Assembly (NCBI GenBank): GCA_963575745.1
Contig: CAUYUJ010000002.1
Location: 1,116,001-1,180,000, forward strand
Length of the DNA: 64,000 nt
Reading direction: 5' to 3'
DNA from: Prorocentrum cordatum
Taxonomy: Eukaryota
How positions within the stretch are numbered: position 1 is the stretch's first letter; every line of letters begins with the position of its first letter. Shown here piece by piece: positions 58,235 to 64,000 of this stretch. Position numbers and translations under genes: made by a program. A model generated the notes under the pieces. It was not told the DNA's origin and did no database searches. It was given only the letters and a program-made list of their open reading frames with translations.

Positions 58235-59050
58235 ACGAGGCTCCCGCGTGATGTTTCCCCATATACAGGCCTCAAGAGCCCAAAAGTGACGACAGTTACA
58301 GGATCTGGATGACCCGCTCGGATTACCAACGTGATCTGCGGGCCCCATAGGGAAGGGGTTTCCCGCCTGAGACTTCCTCGCAATTCACTCACAGACGAGG
58401 CTCCCGCCTGAGACTTCCCCATATTCAGGCCTCAGGAGCCCAACAATGACGTCAGTTACATGATCTGGATGTCCCGCTCGGATTGCCAACGTGATCTGCG
58501 GGCCCCGTAGGCAGGGGGCTCCCGCCTGAGACTTCCTTGCAATTCGCTCGCAGACGAGGCTCCCGCCTGATACTTCCCCCATGTTCAAGCCTCAAGAGCC
58601 CAACAATGACGACAGATACAAAATCTGGATGACTCGCTAGGAGTAATAACATGATCTGCGGACCCCATAGGGAGGGGGTTCCCGCGTGAGATTTCCTCGC
58701 TATTCACTCACAGACGAGGCTCCCGCGTGATGCTTCCCCCATATTCAAGCCTTGGGATCCCCAAAATTGTGACAGTTACAAGATCTGGACGACCCGCTCG
58801 GATTGCCAACATGATCTGCGGGCCCCATAGGGAGGGGGTTCCCGCCTGAGACTTCCTCGCAATTCGCTCACAGACGAAGCTCCCGCCTGATACTTCCCCA
58901 TGTTCAGGACTCAGGAACCCCAAAATGAGGACAGTTACAGGACCTGGATGACCCGCTCGGATTAGTAACATGATCTGCGGGCCCTATAGGGAGGGGGCCC
59001 CCGCCTGAGACTTCCTCGCAATTCACTCACAGACGAGGCTCCCGCCTGAC
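58235..59050 (+). repeat. ~160-bp tandem repeat array, right half (about 5 units)
   Basis: Anchor ACGAGGCTCCCG at ~58235, 58395, 58554, 58714, 58874 and 59033, in register with the array ending at 12071. Confidence 0.92.
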
Positions 59051-59116
59051 ATTTCCTCAAGTCTGGGTGTGTGAGTGAGTGAGTGAGTGAGTGAAGAAAT
59101 GCTGATTATGATGACG

Positions 59117-59188
<72 letters not shown>

Positions 59189-60129
59189 TTGATGGCGGTG
59201 ATGATGCTGATGCTGACGATGACGAGGATTGTGCTAATGAGTGAGTGTGAGTGAGGAGGTGCTGGGTGATGAGGAGGAGACGGAGGGGTAAGGGGTGAGA
59301 CTTCCGGCGCGGGGTGTCCAGAGACAACAAAAACCCCACCTTGGATGCGGGGGACAAAAAACCCATTTTGGATGTTGGGAAAAACAATGTAGATTGCAAA
59401 GCCGGTTCCGCATTCACCCCTTTTTGGGGGGGCACTCAGGGGCCAGGGGCTGGGGCTAGGAGACAGGCTCCCTGAGACCAGGGGAGTCTGCCCGACAAAA
59501 TCTGGCGACGCTGCTGGACATGAGTCCGATCAGCAGCCCCCCGAATTTACGAAGCTGGCCACATGGCAACAGATGCGGCGTGTGATAAGTTTCCTCCCCA
59601 AAGAGCGCTGCATCTTCGAGGCCCGCGCGAGGCAATTGCACCCCAGGCGCGGGTGAACCCGCAGTCCGGCGTTTCCCCTGGCGACGACTGTTCGGCGGTG
59701 TAAGGGCGAAGGTGAGAAAAATGGATTGAAAGAACAAGGGAAGGAAAACAAGGAGGGGAGGGAGGTTGAATGGGGGGGCGGGGGGGAGGGGAGGAGGACG
59801 GGCAAGAGGAGGAGGGGGAAGAAGAGGAGGAGGAAGAGGAGGAGGAAAAAGGTCGATGGGGAGGTCGAGGAGGGGGGGCACCTGATCTTGAGCTCGATGC
59901 TCTGCAAGTTCTCCTGCCACGCCTGGCCCATCTGCGCGGCCTGCGTGGAAGTGGTGGGAGGTGGGGGCACCGAGGGGTAGCAGGAAAATGGCCAAGGTGG
60001 GAGGAAGAGGAGGAGGAGGAGGAGGAGGAGGAGGAGGAGGAGGAGGAGGAGGAGGAGGAGGAGGAGGACGAGGACGAGGAGGAGGAGGAGGAGGAGGAGG
60101 AGGAGGAGGAGGGGGAGGAGGAGTGACCG

Positions 60130-63100
60130 TACCAAAAAAGGAAATCACGAGGGCAAGCGGGCAAGACGCGAGAAGAGGGCAAGTGTCCCCGCTCCAGTTC
60201 GTCTCAGGCTACGGCCTCATCGAGCGCAGTGCAGCGGCGCGGCACTCAGTGCCAGTACTGTAAAGAAACGCGGCGCGTGTAGCGTGTAGCGGCGCGCGTG
60301 ATGACGCGAAGTTTGTTGTAGAAGTGAAACGACAGCGCTGTCCGACGGACAGATCCAGGAACGGCGTGCTCAGGGTTAGCGCGTTGCGCAGGCGTCCCCA
60401 GGCCGATGCGAACGAAGGGGTCAGAGGAGAGGATGGAACGAGATAACGCGAGAAAGTGACGGAGGCGGGGGCAGGTGAAGGGATGGCCGAGACGATCTGG
60501 GCAAGCATCGCGCCCGAGCAGACAGGTGCGGCACGGGCCGACGGGGAAGCGGCGGCTGGTCCACCACGCTCCCGCCAGAGTCTTATATACGACCCAGCGA
60601 ATGGCTGGAGCCCTCGTCGAGAGGTAGCTGGTTAATTCCTGCCAGCGGTCGGACATGCTCACTGGCACTGCGAGATCGGGCAGCGCCGATGAGAGACGGC
60701 GTGCTAGAGTCTCTGCGAACTTGTCGGAGAAAAAGGGAGGAGTGGAGGACCGGAGCGAGGGATCGCTGGACCCTAGCACGCCTGGATCCTTGGGCAGCGG
60801 CAGTCTGTTCGTCTGCGGCCGCTCGCTGAGCTGCACGCCAGACGAGCGGTGAGACCGAGTGCGGTGGCTTGCCGTCAGCAAGCTCGCGCCAGTATTCGAC
60901 AGTGCTAGGGCTCTCCCAAATGCACGGGGGAAACAGTGGCCCGAATGCGGGCCTGGACCAAATCCGCCAGAGACAGTTTTAGATTGAGCTGGACTTGTGC
61001 AGTGGCTCCCAATTGAGAAGCGTGGCAGAGGCCGCGCGCCACGCTGAGGCCAGTGAAAGCGTGATCAGCGAATTGGGGGAGGGCGATTGCGACCGCGAGC
61101 GAGCACCGAGGAGGTCGACGAGGCGCCAGGAGTTGGGGGGGGCCCTGCGAATCTGATGCAGGGCGCCGCGTTCGTGCCGCAGAACGTGACTGGAAATAGA
61201 AAATACTGCGTGAGGTACGAGAGGAGAGTAATAACACATGTTTTGTACAGCTTGAGCGCCTCTGCAGGGCCAGGGGCATTCGCCGCTAATTGTACCACGA
61301 GCAACCAGTATTTATCACATGCGGTTTCCCATTGGGTGTCTAAAACTACTGCTGGGCCTATGAGCACGCCTAGGTAGCAAACGTATTCTGGACTCTGACC
61401 GCGCTGCCACTCAGGCACCAGCAATGCCAAGAGGCGTTGGGTGAGAGAGTGCACGGCAGGTGATCAGGGGGCCCATGCGGGCACAATCGCTGTCTCCTTG
61501 TTCTGTAGTTCGAGTCCTGCGAGAGTAGCAACGGCCCGAAACGGGGGAAGGAGGGGGGGGGGGGTCCCAAGGCGAGCGAGGATGAGACCCAGATCATCTG
61601 CGCAGGCACCGAGCATGTTGGATCCAGGGAGGGCGTTAAACATCTGGACCAGGTGTCGAACGGGCGCATCAAAGGCCGGGGCCCGAGTCGAGCCCGAGAG
61701 GGGGAGAACGCCTGAGCCTGTTTCGAACGTGCATTGGAGACGGCCGCCCACACGGGCCCAGGCTCCCGGGGGATGATAAAGCGCATAAATGACACTGAGA
61801 TAGCCTGGTGGGCCCCGTGAGCTACCAGCGACGCAAACAACAACTCCCATCCTAAGGATGGGAAGGCAGCTGTGCTATCAAAGCTGACAAAGATAGGGAG
61901 AGCATCTGGGGCATCTGGGGAGTGACCTGCTCTACGGGCCCCAGAGTCTAGGATCAGTGCGTGTTGTCCGAAGTTCCGCCCCTTTGCCGATCCCTGTCGC
62001 GCGTCTATTGTCCGATCCCTGACCATGTCCACGAGACCCATGCCAACGACACGAGCGATCAGTTTGGCGTCGCAGTTCATTAAGGAGAGGGGGCGAGTGG
62101 CACCTGGAACCCGAAAGACGGCATGCTGGCCCTGGGGTTCGTCTCCTTTCGGAAGAAACGCGAAGACCGAGTCGTTGAAGTGGTGCGGGGCCAGGCCCGC
62201 TTCGAACATCTGCATCATGAGGTGGCCCATGCAGCGCGTGGAATCTGATCTGGGCCTGGAGCGGCATGTCTGACCTTGCGGAGGGCTCCCAGAAAGTCCT
62301 GAAGATCTGGAACCCGTAGGTCCGCGCAACCGAACTTGGGGAGGTGCTGGGACAAGCGATGCCGGGCCGCCACGGGGCCCACGATCTTGCTCGAGAAGAT
62401 GGGCGGCCAAAACTTCTGAAGGACTACCCTCGGGGGAACTGGTGGTGGTGGTGGTGGGGGATGCTGTTGGTGCCCCCTCTTTCGGTATCCTAAGTCCTGA
62501 AAGCACGAGTCGACGGCGAAACGGATACCAGGTCTGTGCCCGGCGCGTGAGCTGCATCGCGGCCTTCCGACTGCCGGCCTGGTCCAACTGCATCTCGGCC
62601 TTGGACTGCACCTGGCGCTTCGTGGCGAGGGCGACGCGCCTGTCGCAATCGGCGGTGACCGCCGTGTCGACCAGCTTGATATACTCGTCCCTGGTCGTGA
62701 GCTCGGGGCCGTCGTCCGTGAGGCGCAGGCGCGCGCTGCCGATGTCGCTCGTGGCCAAGAGGAGCGCCGCTGTGTCTGAATATGTTCTCCAAATCGCCCG
62801 TGACATTGCACGGAAAGTAGCGGGCCTGCTATGCTTTGCCCAGCGACTGGTCTTGAAGGGAGGCGCGCTGCTGAAGGTTGCGAGTGTATCTAACCGCTTC
62901 TTTGATGATGAGCTCGCGCTGCTTCCAAGCCGCGCTAGGCGTGAGCGCGGCCATGGCAATGTTGTCCTTCAGATGGTTGAAATGGCGCTGGTAGTTGGGG
63001 TCGTGGAAGATGATCGGGTCGATGGCTTGCTCTTCTGGCCGCGAAGCTGAGGCGTTGACCAGAAGCAAATGAATACTTGCATGATCGCTGAGGCCATCGT

Positions 63101-64000
63101 CGGATAGTGCTGCACCGTCTCTGTGAATCTTCAGGTGCGCGTCCCCGTTGATCAGGTCGCTGCCCGAGAGGAATATGAAGACGCGGTCGGTTGCCGTGGC
63201 CGCTTGCGCGTTGGCCGAGAAGTGCCTGGCGAGGTCGTGCACGATCTCTGTGAGCGAGGCAAAGAATTGGCGCCGCCGCGCCTAGTCTCGCCGATATTGC
63301 CCGCCAGGTACCATGGGCCGCCAGCGCGCAGAAGGATCCTTGAAGTTGAAGGAGGGAACGGCACTGGCATCGAAGCCGCCCATGGCGATGAAGAGTCTTT
63401 GCTGGGACACTGCTGCTGCCCAGCTCCGTGAGGCACGCCGCGCCTCGGCCACTCTGTCCATGTCTGCTGTCGGCGAGTCGTGATTACGTACGCTCATAAT
63501 GTGCGTATCGAAGCCCGCGGCGTGGCTAGTAACGTGCAGAACGGCCGCTCATCCGCGGATAGCTGGCCAGAACGACGTTGATGTAGGGGTCGGTGAAGGT
63601 GTCGGGACCGGAAAGGCCACTCCCCCTTTGCCACGGTTGATGGGGCAGCCGCTGAAATGCAGTTGGTGATCATGCGGAAGTTTGCCGATGTGCATTTCGA
63701 GATCCAATTTAGAGCCGTGTACTTCTTGCAGGGCTATCAAGGCCTGCTTGCGCATGAAGGGAGTCATCTGCCCAATCTTCCCCATCTCTTGCAATCATCA
63801 TGACAAAGAAGGCCGCTGGCGCTCCAACAGATGTAGCTGCCTGCGGCCTCTGAGGCAGTAAGTATGGTAATAGTCCGCGCCGGCTTGGCACGACGGGCGC
63901 GCGCAGATGTGCTGGGCGAGGAAAAAGAGTCTGAGCTGCCAGCGCTGGAAGAAGAATCATTGCCCGATGATGAGCTGAATCCCGAGACTGAGGCCGCCTG
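60130..64000 (-). mobile_element. degraded LINE ORF2 (APE-RT-zinc finger), continues beyond the window
   Basis: LIALQEVHG, FIAMGGFD, DRVF and LSDHASI (APE). APGPD, FLPKG, RPLSLMNCDAKL, FDSTAAFPS, ACADD and YLGV (RT). C-x2-CLLG...DRLGH..TCP (~60500). Many frameshifts. The 3' end abuts (TCC)n. Confidence 0.88.

Overview
Repeat-rich, GC-rich eukaryotic DNA, almost certainly from a dinoflagellate. Evidence: a 19/22-nt match to the dinoflagellate spliced leader at 9272-9290, apparent GC-AG introns, and abundant (GGA)n, (GA)n and (CA)n microsatellites. Nearly the whole window is nested mobile DNA. A ~160-bp tandem array (11070-12071, resuming at 58235-59050) was split by an RTE-like LINE with spliced-leader relics at its 5' end and a 9-bp target duplication. 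That LINE's ORF1 was in turn split by a ~41-kb segment (13151-54113) bounded by imperfect terminal inverted repeats and a possible 2-bp TG duplication. This putative giant DNA transposon carries, all on the minus strand and with introns: two divergent CMC/Plavaka-like DDE transposase genes, each preceded by a homologous 'companion' gene of unknown function; an apparently intact C5 DNA methyltransferase-like gene; further unknown multi-exon genes; and an array of a ~25-nt motif with unique spacers. Flanking material includes two degraded APE-RT LINEs next to (TCC)n tracts and two truncated CRE-like (restriction-like endonuclease) retroelements, one with a ~155-bp flanking direct repeat. Family assignments come from motifs recognised by eye, not database searches. 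Exon boundaries are approximate unless stated.
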